Below are positions 39,030 through 49,292 of a stretch of DNA of 64,000 nucleotides, piece by piece (position 1 is the first letter of the stretch; every line of letters starts with the position of its first letter). Below the pieces are notes generated by a model. It was given only the letters and a program-made list of their open reading frames with translations, searched no databases and was not told where the DNA came from. Made by a program: the position numbers and the translations under genes. Origin of the DNA: Bradyrhizobium sp. (GTDB lineage Bacteria > Pseudomonadota > Alphaproteobacteria > Rhizobiales > Xanthobacteraceae). The stretch is taken from the NCBI RefSeq assembly GCF_035484855.1, contig NZ_DATHOP010000154.1:50110-114109 (forward strand). The letters are read 5' to 3'.

Positions 39030-40347
39030 CGCACCGGGACTCATCATCGCAGCACCCGCCTCCCACAGCGGCAAGACCACGCTGACGCTTTCGCTGCTCG
39101 CCGCGCTGCGCCGCCGCGGCCGCATCGTGCAGCCCTATAAATGCGGTCCCGACTATATCGATCCAGCTTTCCACACGCTGGCCGCCGGCCGCGCCTCGTT
39201 CAACCTGGATTCCTGGGCGCAGGGACGCGACCGGTTCGAGGCGCTGCTGGATGCCGGCTACGATGCAGACATCTGCATCGCCGAGGGCGTGATGGGGCTC
39301 TTCGACGGCGTCGCCACGCCGGGCGCCTGGGGCAACGGCTCGACCGCCGATATTGCCGCGGCAACCGGCTGGCCGGTGGTGCTGGTGCTCGATGTCTCCG
39401 GTCAGGCGCAATCCGCAGCGGCGGTCGCACTTGGTTTTGCGCGCTATCGCGAGGACGTCGCGATCGCCGGCGTCATCCTCAACAAGGTCGCGAGCGCGCG
39501 CCATGCCGCGCTGGTTCGCGACGGGTTTTCACGGAGCGGTGTTGCCGTGTTCGGCGCGATCGGACGTGACGACGGGCTGACCCTGCCCGAGCGCCATCTC
39601 GGACTGGTCCAGGCGCAGGAAGACTCTTCGCTGGCTGGAAAGCTCACGGCGCTGGCCGATCTGGTCGAGCGCGATCTCGATCTGGCGGCGCTCGAAGCGG
39701 CGGCTCGTCCGACGCGGCGCCAACCGCGTACGGCGACACCTCGCCTCCTTCCACCCGGGCAACGGGTCGCGCTGGCGCGCGACGCGGCGTTTTCTTTCAT
39801 CTATCCGCATCTGGTAGCGGGCTGGCGCGCGGCGGGCGCCGAGATCGTCCCCTTCTCGCCGCTCGCCGACGAACCGCCCGACCCTTCCTGCGATGTCGCC
39901 TGGCTTCCCGGCGGCTATCCGGAATTGCACGCCGGCCGGCTCGCCGCCGCGTCACGCTTCGCCGACGGAATCCGCGCCTTCGCGCAGAACCATCCGGTGC
40001 ATGGCGAGTGCGGCGGCTACATGACGCTCGGCGCGGGGTTGATCGACGCCGGCGGGACCCGTCACGCGATGCTGGGACTGCTCGGGCTCGAGACCGACTT
40101 TGCGCAGCGCCGTTTGCATCTCGGCTACCGGACCGCGACGCTGCTTGCGGCCATTCCGGGGCACGCCCCGGGAAGCGTGCTGCGCGGCCATGAATTCCAC
40201 TATGCCCGTGTGGTGGCGCAGCCCGACCAGCCGCTGGCCGAGATCTGCGATGCCACTGGCGCCGGCACGGCGGAAACCGGCGGCCGGCGCGGCCGCGTCA
40301 CCGGAAGCTTTTTCCATATGGTCGACGCGGCAGAGGCTCGGTCATGA
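39016..40347 (+). CDS. cobB: Hydrogenobyrinate a,c-diamide synthase
   Basis: [47 protein letters not shown]. Confidence 0.95.
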   Translation: MAGNNAPGLIIAAPASHSGKTTLTLSLLAALRRRGRIVQPYKCGPDYIDPAFHTLAAGRASFNLDSWAQGRDRFEALLDAGYDADICIAEGVMGLFDGVATPGAWGNGSTADIAAATGWPVVLVLDVSGQAQSAAAVALGFARYREDVAIAGVILNKVASARHAALVRDGFSRSGVAVFGAIGRDDGLTLPERHLGLVQAQEDSSLAGKLTALADLVERDLDLAALEAAARPTRRQPRTATPRLLPPGQRVALARDAAFSFIYPHLVAGWRAAGAEIVPFSPLADEPPDPSCDVAWLPGGYPELHAGRLAAASRFADGIRAFAQNHPVHGECGGYMTLGAGLIDAGGTRHAMLGLLGLETDFAQRRLHLGYRTATLLAAIPGHAPGSVLRGHEFHYARVVAQPDQPLAEICDATGAGTAETGGRRGRVTGSFFHMVDAAEARS

Positions 40348-41144
40348 CGGCGGACCAACCGACTTCGTCCGGCAGCATCGCCCTGGTCGGCGGCGGTCCC
40401 GGGGACGTCGATCTGCTGACGCTGCGCGCGGTGGAGCGGCTGCGCGCAGCCGACGTGATCCTTTACGACGACCTCGCCGGCGACGAAATTCTGTCGTTCG
40501 CGCGTCCCGACACCGAACTGGTCGCGGTCGGCAAGCGCGCCGGCCATCCCTCGCCGAAACAGCAGGAGGTCAACCGGCTGATGATCGGCTATGCCAAACT
40601 CGGCAAGCGCGTGGTCCGGATCAAGTCCGGCGATCCCTCGATCTTCGGTCGCGCCGACGAAGAGATTGTCGCCGCGCGCTCAGCCGGCGTGCCGATCGAA
40701 ATCGTGCCCGGGGTCACCACGGCGACCGCGGCGGCGGCCTATTTGTGCGCTCCGCTCACCAAACGAGGGGTGGCGCGCCGGCTCCAGATGGTCACCGGCC
40801 ACGACGCCGACGGCCAACTGCCGGCCGACCTCGATATCGCCGCACTGGCCGATCCTGCTGCCACGACCTGCGTATTCATGGGCAAGGCGACCTTCGCTGG
40901 CCTGGCTGAGCGGTTGATCGCCCATGGGCTGTCGCGGGAGACGCCGACGGTAGTGCTCGAAAACTTGGGCACGCCGCTCACTCAGGTGACGGCGGGAACG
41001 CTCGCGGAAATCGCAACCCGCCTCGCTGCGGAAAAACCGCGTGGCCCGTGCATGATCCTCTATGGCGCAGCGTTTGCCGGGGTCGGCAAGGACCCGACCG
41101 GAGCGGCGCCTAATACCGCGCGACCACCGGCCCGCCCCAGTTGA
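40344..41144 (+). CDS. cobA: Uroporphyrinogen-III C-methyltransferase
   Basis: LVGGGPGDVDLLTLRA, YDDL, VGKR, R.KSGDP.IFGR, PGVT. Confidence 0.94.
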   Translation: MTADQPTSSGSIALVGGGPGDVDLLTLRAVERLRAADVILYDDLAGDEILSFARPDTELVAVGKRAGHPSPKQQEVNRLMIGYAKLGKRVVRIKSGDPSIFGRADEEIVAARSAGVPIEIVPGVTTATAAAAYLCAPLTKRGVARRLQMVTGHDADGQLPADLDIAALADPAATTCVFMGKATFAGLAERLIAHGLSRETPTVVLENLGTPLTQVTAGTLAEIATRLAAEKPRGPCMILYGAAFAGVGKDPTGAAPNTARPPARPS

Positions 41145-41165
41145 ACTTCACATTCATGCCGGTGA

Positions 41166-41429
41166 TCAGGCGACGTAGAACTCGACGCTTTTCGCCAAAG
41201 AGGAACCGGACTGGTCCTGCGCCTGCAGCAAATAAGCGCCACCCGGAAACGTGTTCGGAAGCTGAATGGAAAGCGGACCGGTCCCGGAGGCCGATGTAAC
41301 CGGGCTCGGCATAGGCTTGCCGCTGGTCTTGTTCACCAGCACGACCTGCGAACCCGCAGGCAGGTTTTCGTATTGCGCGGAGATCGAATATCCGAGGATG
41401 GATTGGAAATTGATGATCGGTGAGGCCAT
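41166..41429 (-). CDS. Small hypothetical protein, Ig-like beta-sandwich pattern
   Basis: 87 aa; PGGAYLLQAQD...VEFYV resembles a tyrosine-corner strand. Confidence 0.6.
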   Translation of the reverse strand: MASPIINFQSILGYSISAQYENLPAGSQVVLVNKTSGKPMPSPVTSASGTGPLSIQLPNTFPGGAYLLQAQDQSGSSLAKSVEFYVA

Positions 41430-41658
41430 TTCAAAACCCTGCATCCCAGAATTGATCTTCTCGCCAACGCCATCCGGACTTGTCGGTTCCAGCATCGGAC
41501 AAGAAAAACGCGCGCCAGCGCCATTGTCCCAGCTTGGTGCAACCGTGTTGCATAAAATCATCATCCAATTTTCAAATTTCGACTTCTCCCGGAATTCTTT
41601 TGACTGTGTAACGACCTGTGCCGTTAGGTGGATGCGCTGGGCCTTAGGAATCGTTGTC

Positions 41659-41745
41659 ATGCTCGATGCAGTCACCGCGCTGTTTGGCGTCATAAGCGTC
41701 GGAATATTCATCGCCCACGCCGTCGACGGCTATTGGTCGCGCTGA
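41659..41745 (+). CDS. Small single-TM peptide (28 aa)
   Basis: TAGGA RBS; MLDAVTALFGVISVGIFIAHAVDGYWSR*. Confidence 0.55.
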   Translation: MLDAVTALFGVISVGIFIAHAVDGYWSR

Positions 41746-41945
41746 CAGGCGCCTGTTCCGCTTCGCACCCGCCTCCTCGCACCGCGCAATCGATTTTCGG
41801 CCCTCGCGAGCTTCCGCCCCGTCGCTTCTTGGCGCGCGTCGCCCCCTGTTGATAACCCGCCTCTCCGTTTGCGGCCGGCGTGACAGGGCCTTCCCGCGTG
41901 TTATCGACGGGCAAGATTAGCCCGGCCCAACACGGAACAACCACC

Positions 41946-42536
41946 ATGCGGATCACCCTGGTCGGCTCCCGCCATTTTGGCGTGACCACCCTGAACATGC
42001 TGCGCCAACATGGCGTCGACATCGTCAGGGTCGTGGTCGCCGATGCCGAAGACCGGCTGGCGGCCGCGGCCCGCGACGCCGGGATCGAGGTCGTGGTGCA
42101 GGCCAATCCCAGGCTCGTCGTCGCCTCCGAAATCGCCGACGGGACCGACCTGATCGTGACCGCGCATAGCCACGCCCGGATCGGCTCCGACGCGCTGGCC
42201 GCCGCGAGACTGGGCGGTATCGGCTATCATCCCTCGCTGCTGCCGCGCCACCGCGGCATCGCCGCGGTGGAATGGACCATCCGGGAAGGCGATCCGATCG
42301 CCGGCGGCACCGTGTATCATCTCGCCAACCGCATGGATGCCGGCGCCATCGCCGCCCAGGAATGGTGTTTTGTGAAAAAAGGCGAGACCGCCCGCGAATT
42401 ATGGGAGCGCGCACTGGCGCCGCTCGGCCAAAAATTGCTCGGCGAAGTCATCGACTACGCGAAAGCCCATGACAGCCTGCCCGCCAGGCCGCAGGACGAG
42501 CAATTTGCGACCAAGGCGCCTGCGCTTTCGGAGTAG
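41946..42536 (+). CDS. Formyltransferase family protein (N-terminal domain only)
   Basis: GYHPSLLPRHRG, GGTVY, MDAGAI. Confidence 0.9.
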   Translation: MRITLVGSRHFGVTTLNMLRQHGVDIVRVVVADAEDRLAAAARDAGIEVVVQANPRLVVASEIADGTDLIVTAHSHARIGSDALAAARLGGIGYHPSLLPRHRGIAAVEWTIREGDPIAGGTVYHLANRMDAGAIAAQEWCFVKKGETARELWERALAPLGQKLLGEVIDYAKAHDSLPARPQDEQFATKAPALSE

Positions 42537-42727
42537 AATAATACCGCAGTCCATGCCGACCCGGATTTCCACCCGAGGCACCGAATTTTTGTTCCCTTTG
42601 AGGGAACCTTTCGCTGCATCAAAATATTGATTTGGCTGGAACTTCCTGCGTTGTTGCAGCGCGGCAAATTTTGGACACAATGTGCCCGGATAAGCCCCTC
42701 ATCACGCAAAAATCGGGGATTTGATTC

Positions 42728-43078
42728 ATGCGCCACAATCGCATTACTACCGTATTTCTCGCTTCTACTCTTGCCGCCGCCTTCACCGCTCCCGCGCTGG
42801 CCCAGTCACCCTATGATGGGGTCTGGAGCGTGACGGTAGTGACAAAAAGCGGCAGCTGCGAGCCGCAGACACGCTCGACGCTGATGGTCTCGGACGGTAA
42901 GGTTTCCGCCTCCGGTGCCGACGTCACCGGCAGCATCGGACGGGAAGGTCTCGTCCGGGTTTCAATCGGTGGTGCATATGCGAATGGCCAGCTCAGCGGC
43001 AATGGCGGATCGGGGAAATGGAACGGAGCCTCTGCAGGCATCCCGTGCAGCGGCCGCTGGGAAGCCGCCCGCCAGTAA
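42728..43078 (+). CDS. Secreted hypothetical protein (beta-barrel-like, 2 Cys)
   Basis: Signal peptide; YDGVWSV.VVTKSGSC...CSGRWEA. Confidence 0.8.
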   Translation: MRHNRITTVFLASTLAAAFTAPALAQSPYDGVWSVTVVTKSGSCEPQTRSTLMVSDGKVSASGADVTGSIGREGLVRVSIGGAYANGQLSGNGGSGKWNGASAGIPCSGRWEAARQ

Positions 43079-43125
43079 ATCTGGCGGAACCGCTGCCGCC
43101 ATTCTACGACGGCTGATCTTCGCCG

Positions 43126-43580
43126 TCGTCACGTTGCTGGTAGCGATGGTATCCGGCTCTGCGAGTTACGCCCAAGCCGGTCCGTTCGCCGGCATGGCCG
43201 GCAACTGGTCCGGCGGCGGCGGCGTCACCCTTGACGACGGATCCTCCGAGCGGCTTCGATGCCGCGCGACCTATGCCGTCGGCGCCGGCGGGACCGGCCT
43301 CAACCTGTCGCTGGTTTGCGCCAGCGACAGCTACAAATTCGATCTCAGGGCCGATGTCATCTCCGATCGCGGCAGACTGTCCGGCTCCTGGAGCGAGACC
43401 AGCCGCGGGGTCAATGGCATCCTGGAAGGCCAGGGCGCCAACGGCAATTTTCAAGTGCTTGCCAACGCGCCCGGATTTGTCGCCAACATCTCGCTTTCGA
43501 CCCGCGGCAACCGGCAAACGATTGGCATCCGCTCCGAGGGCTCGTTCAGGGGCGCCAACATTACGCTGTCGCGCTATTAG
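43126..43580 (+). CDS. Secreted hypothetical protein (start codon uncertain)
   Basis: ASYA|QAGPFAGMAGNWSGGG...CRATY...CASDSY...GSWSE; no clear ATG before the signal-like segment, so the start coordinate is approximate. Confidence 0.7.
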
Positions 43581-43609
43581 CCTCCGTTTCGGCCCTTCCC
43601 TGGCCCTCG

Positions 43610-43819
43610 CTAGCTCTCCTGTTTCGGCCGCGCCAGGCGGGCCGCGGTTTCCTTCATGGTCTTGGCGACCAGCAGCGCCTGCTCCTTGGTCAGGGCAAAA
43701 TCCTGCACGCCCTTATCCGTGGTTAGCGACAGCACCATGATGTGGGGCTCCTGCTCGGGCCAACCGGTGGCAAATGACCTGACGAAATCGGCTGATGTCG
43801 ATCGCTTGGAGGTGTTCAT
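43610..43819 (-). CDS. Small hypothetical protein
   Basis: 69 aa, directly downstream of RidA, AGGAAG RBS. Confidence 0.7.
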   Translation of the reverse strand: MNTSKRSTSADFVRSFATGWPEQEPHIMVLSLTTDKGVQDFALTKEQALLVAKTMKETAARLARPKQES

Positions 43820-43831
43820 CTCGATAGCTTC

Positions 43832-44230
43832 CTATGCACCCGGCACGAAGGCCGTGACTTCGATTTCGACCTTGGCGCGTTCATCGACCAGGCCTGCGAT
43901 ATAGAGCAGCGTCGAGGGCGGAAAATTCTTTCCGAGCGTCTCGCGCCAGGCCGCGCCGATGCCGGGGCCGGCGGCCTCATATTCGGCGCGACTGGTCAAA
44001 TACCAGGTCAGCCGGACGATGTGCTGGGGACCCGCGCCGGCTTCCGCCAACAGCTTGATGATGCGACGCAAAGCGCTAGCGACCTGCGCGGCCATGTCGG
44101 TGGGATAGTCGCCCTTCTCGTCGCCGCCGGTCTGGCCGGCCAGCACGATCCAGCGGCCGGGGGCGGCAATTTCGACGCCGTGCGAGAAGCCGCGCGGCTT
44201 CGACCATTCGGCAGGCTGCAGGATACGCAT
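43832..44230 (-). CDS. RidA/YjgF family protein
   Basis: PRGFSHG, AGQ, FPPSTL, KVEIE.TA. Confidence 0.9.
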   Translation of the reverse strand: MRILQPAEWSKPRGFSHGVEIAAPGRWIVLAGQTGGDEKGDYPTDMAAQVASALRRIIKLLAEAGAGPQHIVRLTWYLTSRAEYEAAGPGIGAAWRETLGKNFPPSTLLYIAGLVDERAKVEIEVTAFVPGA

Positions 44231-44252
44231 CGGCGAATCTCCAGACTTCTTT

Positions 44253-44330
44253 CGTCATTCCGGGGCGCGAGTGAAACGAGCGAACCCGGAATCCTTGGAT
44301 TCCGGGTCTGGTCCTTCGGACCATCCGAGC
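44253..44330. repeat. CGTC-type palindromic interspersed repeat
   Basis: CGTCATTCCGGGGCGC...GAACCCGGAATC..GATTCCGGGT...; related to 52239-52340. Confidence 0.75.
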
Positions 44331-44466
44331 AAAATCTTTAGCACCGATCGCAGGGCCGGCGCATCCCTGTGACAGCCGATTTGCACGTTGCAAATCCTCA
44401 TCCAGTCGCCGATACCGGCGCACCCGCCCCCAACCGCCCGGCCCCTGCCGTCTCTGGCATTTCCCG

Positions 44467-45348
44467 ATGATGGACCGAACACCTTCCAAACCGAGGGCCG
44501 CGCTGTGGATGGCGGGCTGGCTTGCCCTGATGCTGCTCGTCGCGGTCGCCGGGCGCGAGGCGTTGCGCGACCTCAACGTGTTCCAGGTCATGGAACTGCG
44601 CACCATCATCGGCTTTTGCATGCTCTACCCGCTGGTCCGCATCAATGGCGGCTTTTCGGCGATGCGGACCTCGCGGCCGCTGCAGCATATCGGACGCAAT
44701 CTCATCCACTATGCCGCCCAACTCGGCTGGTTCTTCGCCTTGACCCTGATTCCGCTCGGCCAGGTGGTCGCCATCGAATTCACCATGCCGATCTGGACCG
44801 CGATCCTGGCCGCGAGTTTTCTCGGCGAGCGCATGACGGTCTGGAAGATCCTGGCGATCGTGCTCGGCGTGATCGGGGTCATCATCATCGTCCGGCCGGC
44901 GACCGGCGTCGTCAATCCCGGCCAATTGATCGCGCTGGCCGCCGCCGTCGGCTTCGGCATCTCGGTTGCCATGATGAAATCGCTGACCCGCACCGAAAAG
45001 ACGATTTCGATCATTTTCTGGATGCTGGTGATCCAGTCCGCGGCCGGATTGTTACCGACCCTCTATGTCTGGAGCTGGCCCGGGGCTGTGACCTGGGGCT
45101 GGATCGCCGTGATCGGCTTCTGCGGCACCTTCTCCCACTACTGCATGGCCCGCGCGATGCTGCATGCCGACGCCACCATCGTGCTGCCGATGGATTTCCT
45201 GCGGGTTCCACTGACGGCGCTGCTCGGCTGGTTGGTCTATTCGGAACGGCTGGACGCTTTCACGGTGCTGGGCGCGGTGCTGATCCTTGGCGGCAACCTC
45301 CTGAACCTGCGATCGGCCGATCCGGTTCCCGCGCGCGCGGTGACTTGA
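44467..45348 (+). CDS. DMT/EamA family transporter
   Basis: About 10 TM segments; FTMPIW..ILA..FLGER, IVRP, P.DFLR.P. Confidence 0.9.
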   Translation: MMDRTPSKPRAALWMAGWLALMLLVAVAGREALRDLNVFQVMELRTIIGFCMLYPLVRINGGFSAMRTSRPLQHIGRNLIHYAAQLGWFFALTLIPLGQVVAIEFTMPIWTAILAASFLGERMTVWKILAIVLGVIGVIIIVRPATGVVNPGQLIALAAAVGFGISVAMMKSLTRTEKTISIIFWMLVIQSAAGLLPTLYVWSWPGAVTWGWIAVIGFCGTFSHYCMARAMLHADATIVLPMDFLRVPLTALLGWLVYSERLDAFTVLGAVLILGGNLLNLRSADPVPARAVT

Positions 45349-45564
45349 CCCATCCGCCAATTTTTTCCGGGTAGCGCCCGGCGAAATTGTGATCCAGATC
45401 ACGCTCTTCTTGGCGAGAATTCAATAGCCTCACCCATTACGGATGGCTGTCACCAAGAATCGGGCAAACGCCTTATTTTTTGTGGCGCGAGTTGCGGCTT
45501 TTTCGTGTATTCTGCGGCCAACCGATTGAGGGCCGCGTTGCCCGATTCCACCAGGGGATTTCAA

Positions 45565-46995
45565 ATGCGCTACCTTACCGTCATTCTTTCCCTGATTTGC
45601 ATGATTTTCACCGCCAATGCGGCCAAGGCCGACCGCCGTGTCGCCTTTGTCGTCGGCAACGGCGCTTACAAGAACGTGGCGCAGCTTCCCAACCCGCCGG
45701 TCGACGCCAAGGCGATGGCCTCCACGCTTCGCAATGTCGGCTTCGAGGTGGTCGAGGGCACCAACCTCACCCGCGACAAGATGACGGAAAAGCTGCTCGA
45801 CTTCGGCAAGAAGGCGCAAGGCGCCGACATCGCGGTGTTCTTCTATGCCGGTCACGGCATCGCCATCGCCGGCACCAACTATCTGTTGCCGATCGATGCC
45901 GACATCAAATCGGAAATGGACGTCAAACTCGGCGCGGCGATCAATATCGATCTCACGCTGGACCAGACCATGAGCGATGCCAAGGTCAAGCTGGTGTTCC
46001 TCGATGCTTGCCGCGACAATCCCTTTGCCGCCAAGATCAAATCGAACTCCGCGACCCGTAGCGTCTCGGTGCAGTCCGGACTGGCCGAAATGAAGTCGGG
46101 TGAAGGCACCTTGATCGCGTTCGCCACCGGTCCAGGACAGACCGCGCTCGACGGCCAGGAGGGCACCAACAGCCCCTTCACCCGCGCCCTGATCGCCCAC
46201 ATCACGACGCCCGGCGTCGAGATCCAGCAGGCGATGACCGAGGTCCGCGCCCAGGTCAACGAAGAGACCAACAAGGGTCAATTGCCCTGGGGACATACCA
46301 ACCTGATCGGTTCGGTCTTCCTCAATCCGGCCGCGGCGCCGGCACCCGCCGCCAATACGGCGGCCGGCGCTCCGGCGGCGGCGGCTCCGGCCGCGGTTGC
46401 CTCTGCTTCCAGCGGTTCGGACGTCGAACTCGAATTCTGGCGCTCGGTCAAGGAATCCAACAAGCCGGAAGAACTCAACGCCTATCTCACGACCTACCCC
46501 AACGGTCAGTTCAAGTCGCTGGCGCTGGCCCGGATCGCCTCGCTCGAAAACGGTCCATCGACCACGACCCGTAACCTGACCACCGGCGTCGATCCGGCCA
46601 CCTTCACCGATGCTTCCGACCAGACCACCGAGGACCAGATCGGCCTCGACAAGGGCCAGCGCCGCGACGTGCAGCGCCGGCTCACCGGGCTCGGCTTCGA
46701 CACCAAGGTCAACGGCAAGTTCGACGAGGACACCCGCTCGGTGATAAGCCGCTGGCAGGCCGCGCGCGGCTATCCCAAGACTGGCTACCTCAACAAGCTG
46801 CAGCACAAGGCGTTGCTGGCCGAGATCGTGGCGACCACGCAAACCAGCTCCAGCGACGATTCCGACGATCACTCCTCCCACCACCATCATAGCGGCGGAG
46901 GGGGCGGAGGCGGCGGTGGCGGCGGCCGTCATTATCGCGGTCCCTCCGGGCCCGGCGGCCTGATCGGCGGCATGATGGGCGGCCTGTTCCGCTGA
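45565..46995 (+). CDS. Secreted peptidase C14 (caspase-like) protein with peptidoglycan-binding domain and His/Gly tail
   Basis: RVAFVVGNGAY, FYAGHG, LDACRDNP dyad; VQRRLTGLGFD...GKF...TRSVI..WQ...TGYL PG-binding motif. Confidence 0.9.
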   Translation: MRYLTVILSLICMIFTANAAKADRRVAFVVGNGAYKNVAQLPNPPVDAKAMASTLRNVGFEVVEGTNLTRDKMTEKLLDFGKKAQGADIAVFFYAGHGIAIAGTNYLLPIDADIKSEMDVKLGAAINIDLTLDQTMSDAKVKLVFLDACRDNPFAAKIKSNSATRSVSVQSGLAEMKSGEGTLIAFATGPGQTALDGQEGTNSPFTRALIAHITTPGVEIQQAMTEVRAQVNEETNKGQLPWGHTNLIGSVFLNPAAAPAPAANTAAGAPAAAAPAAVASASSGSDVELEFWRSVKESNKPEELNAYLTTYPNGQFKSLALARIASLENGPSTTTRNLTTGVDPATFTDASDQTTEDQIGLDKGQRRDVQRRLTGLGFDTKVNGKFDEDTRSVISRWQAARGYPKTGYLNKLQHKALLAEIVATTQTSSSDDSDDHSSHHHHSGGGGGGGGGGGRHYRGPSGPGGLIGGMMGGLFR

Positions 46996-47015
46996 AGTCA
47001 GCGAAGTGTGAGATG

Positions 47016-47045
47016 AAAAAGCCCGGGTTCGTCCCGGGCTTTTTT
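47016..47045. terminator. Bidirectional intrinsic terminator
   Basis: AAAAAGCCCGGG-TTCGT-CCCGGGCTTTTT. Confidence 0.9.
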
Positions 47046-47050
47046 GTCAT

Positions 47051-47134
47051 GGCGTTTTCAAGCGAAGCTTGTCCCGCACTCGATGCGGGATGGTCACCGG
47101 TTCGCGTTACGAAGACGCGTGAGGTTAGAATCTA
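47051..47134. repeat. RIME-like rhizobial intergenic element
   Basis: GCGTTTTCAAGCGAAG...CCGGTTCGCGT..GAAGACGCGT...AGAATCTA pattern, recognised from memory; single copy in the window. Confidence 0.55.
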
Positions 47135-47157
47135 TCGTCTCGGCCGCCTGCCGGATC

Positions 47158-47397
47158 CTACTTCCCGGCCGCCTTGCGCAGCGCCTCGTTGATACGGTCC
47201 TGCCAGCCCGGACCACCCTCTTGGAAAAATTCCAGAACGTCCTGATCGATCCGCAGCGAAACCAGTTCCTTCACGCCGGGAAGCGCGGTCGGTTTCGGCG
47301 GCGCTTCCGCGACCTTGGTCGTTGTCTTCCGAAACGCCGCCTCGGCCTCGGTGCGGGCGTCGTTCAGCGTTCTCGGTCGCCTCGGTTGGTCTGCCAT
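47158..47397 (-). CDS. BrnA antitoxin family (ribbon-helix-helix) protein
   Basis: KELVSLRIDQDVLEFF...GPGWQDRINEALR. Confidence 0.88.
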   Translation of the reverse strand: MADQPRRPRTLNDARTEAEAAFRKTTTKVAEAPPKPTALPGVKELVSLRIDQDVLEFFQEGGPGWQDRINEALRKAAGK

Positions 47398-47399
47398 GG

Positions 47400-48377
47400 T
47401 CAGATTCCTTCGAACAGCGCCGTCGACAGATAACGCTCGGCGAAGTCGGGCACAATCGCCAGGATGGTCTTGCCCGCGGCTTCCGGCCGCTTGCCGATCT
47501 GCAGCGCGGCTGCGATCGCGGCACCTGAGGAAATCCCTCCGGCAATGCCCTCGTGGCGCGCCAGCGCGCGCGAGGTGTCGATCGCGGTGGCGCTGTTGAT
47601 CTTGACGATCTCGTCGATCACTGAGCGGTCGAGGATGTCGGGAACGAAACCGGCGCCGATGCCCTGGATCTTGTGCGGCGAATGCTGTCCACCCGACAGC
47701 ACCGGACTTTCCTCCGGTTCGACGGCGACGACGCGCAGCGAAGGTTTGCGCGGTTTGAGCACCTGGCCGACGCCGGTGATGGTGCCGCCGGTGCCGACGC
47801 CGGCGACGAAGTAATCGATGTTGCCGCCGGTATCGTTCCAGATTTCCTCCGCCGTGGTGCGGCGGTGGATTTCGGGATTGGCGAGGTTCCTGAATTGCTG
47901 CGGCATCACCGAATTCGGCGTGGTCCGCACCATCTCCTCGGCGGTCGCGATTGCGCCTTTCATGCCCTGGGCCGCCGGCGTCAGCACGAGTTCGGCGCCG
48001 AGAAACGCCAGCATCTTGCGTCGCTCGATCGACATCGAGTCCGGCATGACGAGCTTGAGCCGGTAACCGCGGGAAGCTGCGACGAAGGCCAGCGCAATGC
48101 CGGTATTGCCTGAGGTCGGTTCGATCAGCACGGTGTCGGCGTTGATATGTCCCGCCTTCTCCATCGCAATCACCATCGCAGCGCCAATGCGGTCCTTCAC
48201 GCTGGCCGCCGGATTGAAATATTCCAGCTTGGCGAGAATGGTCGCGTGCGCGCCATGCTCCTCCGGCAATTTGCGCAAGCGGACAATCGGCGTGTCACCG
48301 ACCGCCTCAACGATGGAGTCGAATACGCGACCCCGGCCGGGACGGTGCACTGCACTCGTGGGTGATGGCGCGTCCAT
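47400..48377 (-). CDS. cysK: Cysteine synthase A
   Basis: [38 protein letters not shown]. Confidence 0.96.
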   Translation of the reverse strand: MDAPSPTSAVHRPGRGRVFDSIVEAVGDTPIVRLRKLPEEHGAHATILAKLEYFNPAASVKDRIGAAMVIAMEKAGHINADTVLIEPTSGNTGIALAFVAASRGYRLKLVMPDSMSIERRKMLAFLGAELVLTPAAQGMKGAIATAEEMVRTTPNSVMPQQFRNLANPEIHRRTTAEEIWNDTGGNIDYFVAGVGTGGTITGVGQVLKPRKPSLRVVAVEPEESPVLSGGQHSPHKIQGIGAGFVPDILDRSVIDEIVKINSATAIDTSRALARHEGIAGGISSGAAIAAALQIGKRPEAAGKTILAIVPDFAERYLSTALFEGI

Positions 48378-48596
48378 GACGAACTCCTTGTGGCGACATT
48401 GTGCACGGAGGGGAGGCTGCTCGTTCATTAGGGGCAGCGAGTGGCGATGTGCAAGCCGGAATCCGGGAAAGCGAAAATCGCTGCGATGCAAAATGTTTAA
48501 GCTGCCAAATAACTTAAAACCAACGCATTTGTGTTGCCACATCGTCAAGGAAAATAGTGTATGGTAAACCCAGGTTCAGATCGCAAGGAGGTCACG

Positions 48597-48812
48597 ATGT
48601 CAGCAGTTGCTGAAGTCCTGTCGACCGATACGCGTGCGCCCGACCCGCGTGGCTGTGATTTGCCGACCTGTCCGGTTTGTGCTGACTCCATGGTGGCGGC
48701 GGAAGCCTCTGCCTATCTTTCCGACAACGTCATCAGCTATCTCTGGACCTGCGACACCTGCGGTTACGGTTTCGTGACCAAGCACGCGCTGCGGCGGTTC
48801 GCCTGTAACTGA
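48597..48812 (+). CDS. Small zinc-ribbon protein
   Basis: AAGGAGG RBS; CPVC...WTCDTCG. Confidence 0.8.
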   Translation: MSAVAEVLSTDTRAPDPRGCDLPTCPVCADSMVAAEASAYLSDNVISYLWTCDTCGYGFVTKHALRRFACN

Positions 48813-48860
48813 GCGCTCCGCACTCAGGGATTTCCAGTCGTAGCTGCCCGATGCGTGGGA

Positions 48861-49292
48861 TCATCTGCGCGATGGCGGTCTCGCCTCGAGGCTGAAACAT
48901 TGCCTTCCCAGCCCATGCTTCTCGAACACTGAATACGGGCGTACCGATGGCTCGGTCGTTTCCGCCGCCGTGTCGAAACTGGCGCAAAGCTCGTAGGCGA
49001 AGGCATCCTTGGCCGTATACTCATAGGCTTGTCCCGCCGGATCCTTGAAGCTTAGGCCTGCGGCCGGCTGCGCGCGCTGCAAATCACCGAGGGTTTGCGG
49101 CAGCGCCTCCGACGTCAGCCGATAGCTCGTCACCGTTCTGGATATGGTTGCAAGGTCGGATGCGCGCCTCGCGTCAAAACGGGCCAAGCGCGCCTCGCTC
49201 GGTGAACCGACAAAAAGCCATCCGCCAACCAGCGCCGCAAGGACGGCAATCGTGCAGAACACGGCGAACACAGTCGAGGATTGCACCTTCAT
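48861..49292 (-). CDS. Membrane-anchored pseudopilin-like hypothetical protein
   Basis: N-terminal TM; GSP..AR..RFD..R..DL..I...Y......LP..L..L, DP....YEY, YELCA.F. Confidence 0.75.
   Translation of the reverse strand: MKVQSSTVFAVFCTIAVLAALVGGWLFVGSPSEARLARFDARRASDLATISRTVTSYRLTSEALPQTLGDLQRAQPAAGLSFKDPAGQAYEYTAKDAFAYELCASFDTAAETTEPSVRPYSVFEKHGLGRQCFSLEARPPSRR

Noticed and set aside
41846-41910. 11-bp long-range stem CTGTTGATAAC/GTTATCGACGG upstream of the formyltransferase
   Set aside because: Single instance with two G-U pairs and no internal structure or second copy; may just be promoter DNA
46860-46930. Poly-His/poly-Gly low-complexity stretch
   Set aside because: In-frame disordered tail of the caspase protein, not an independent repeat element
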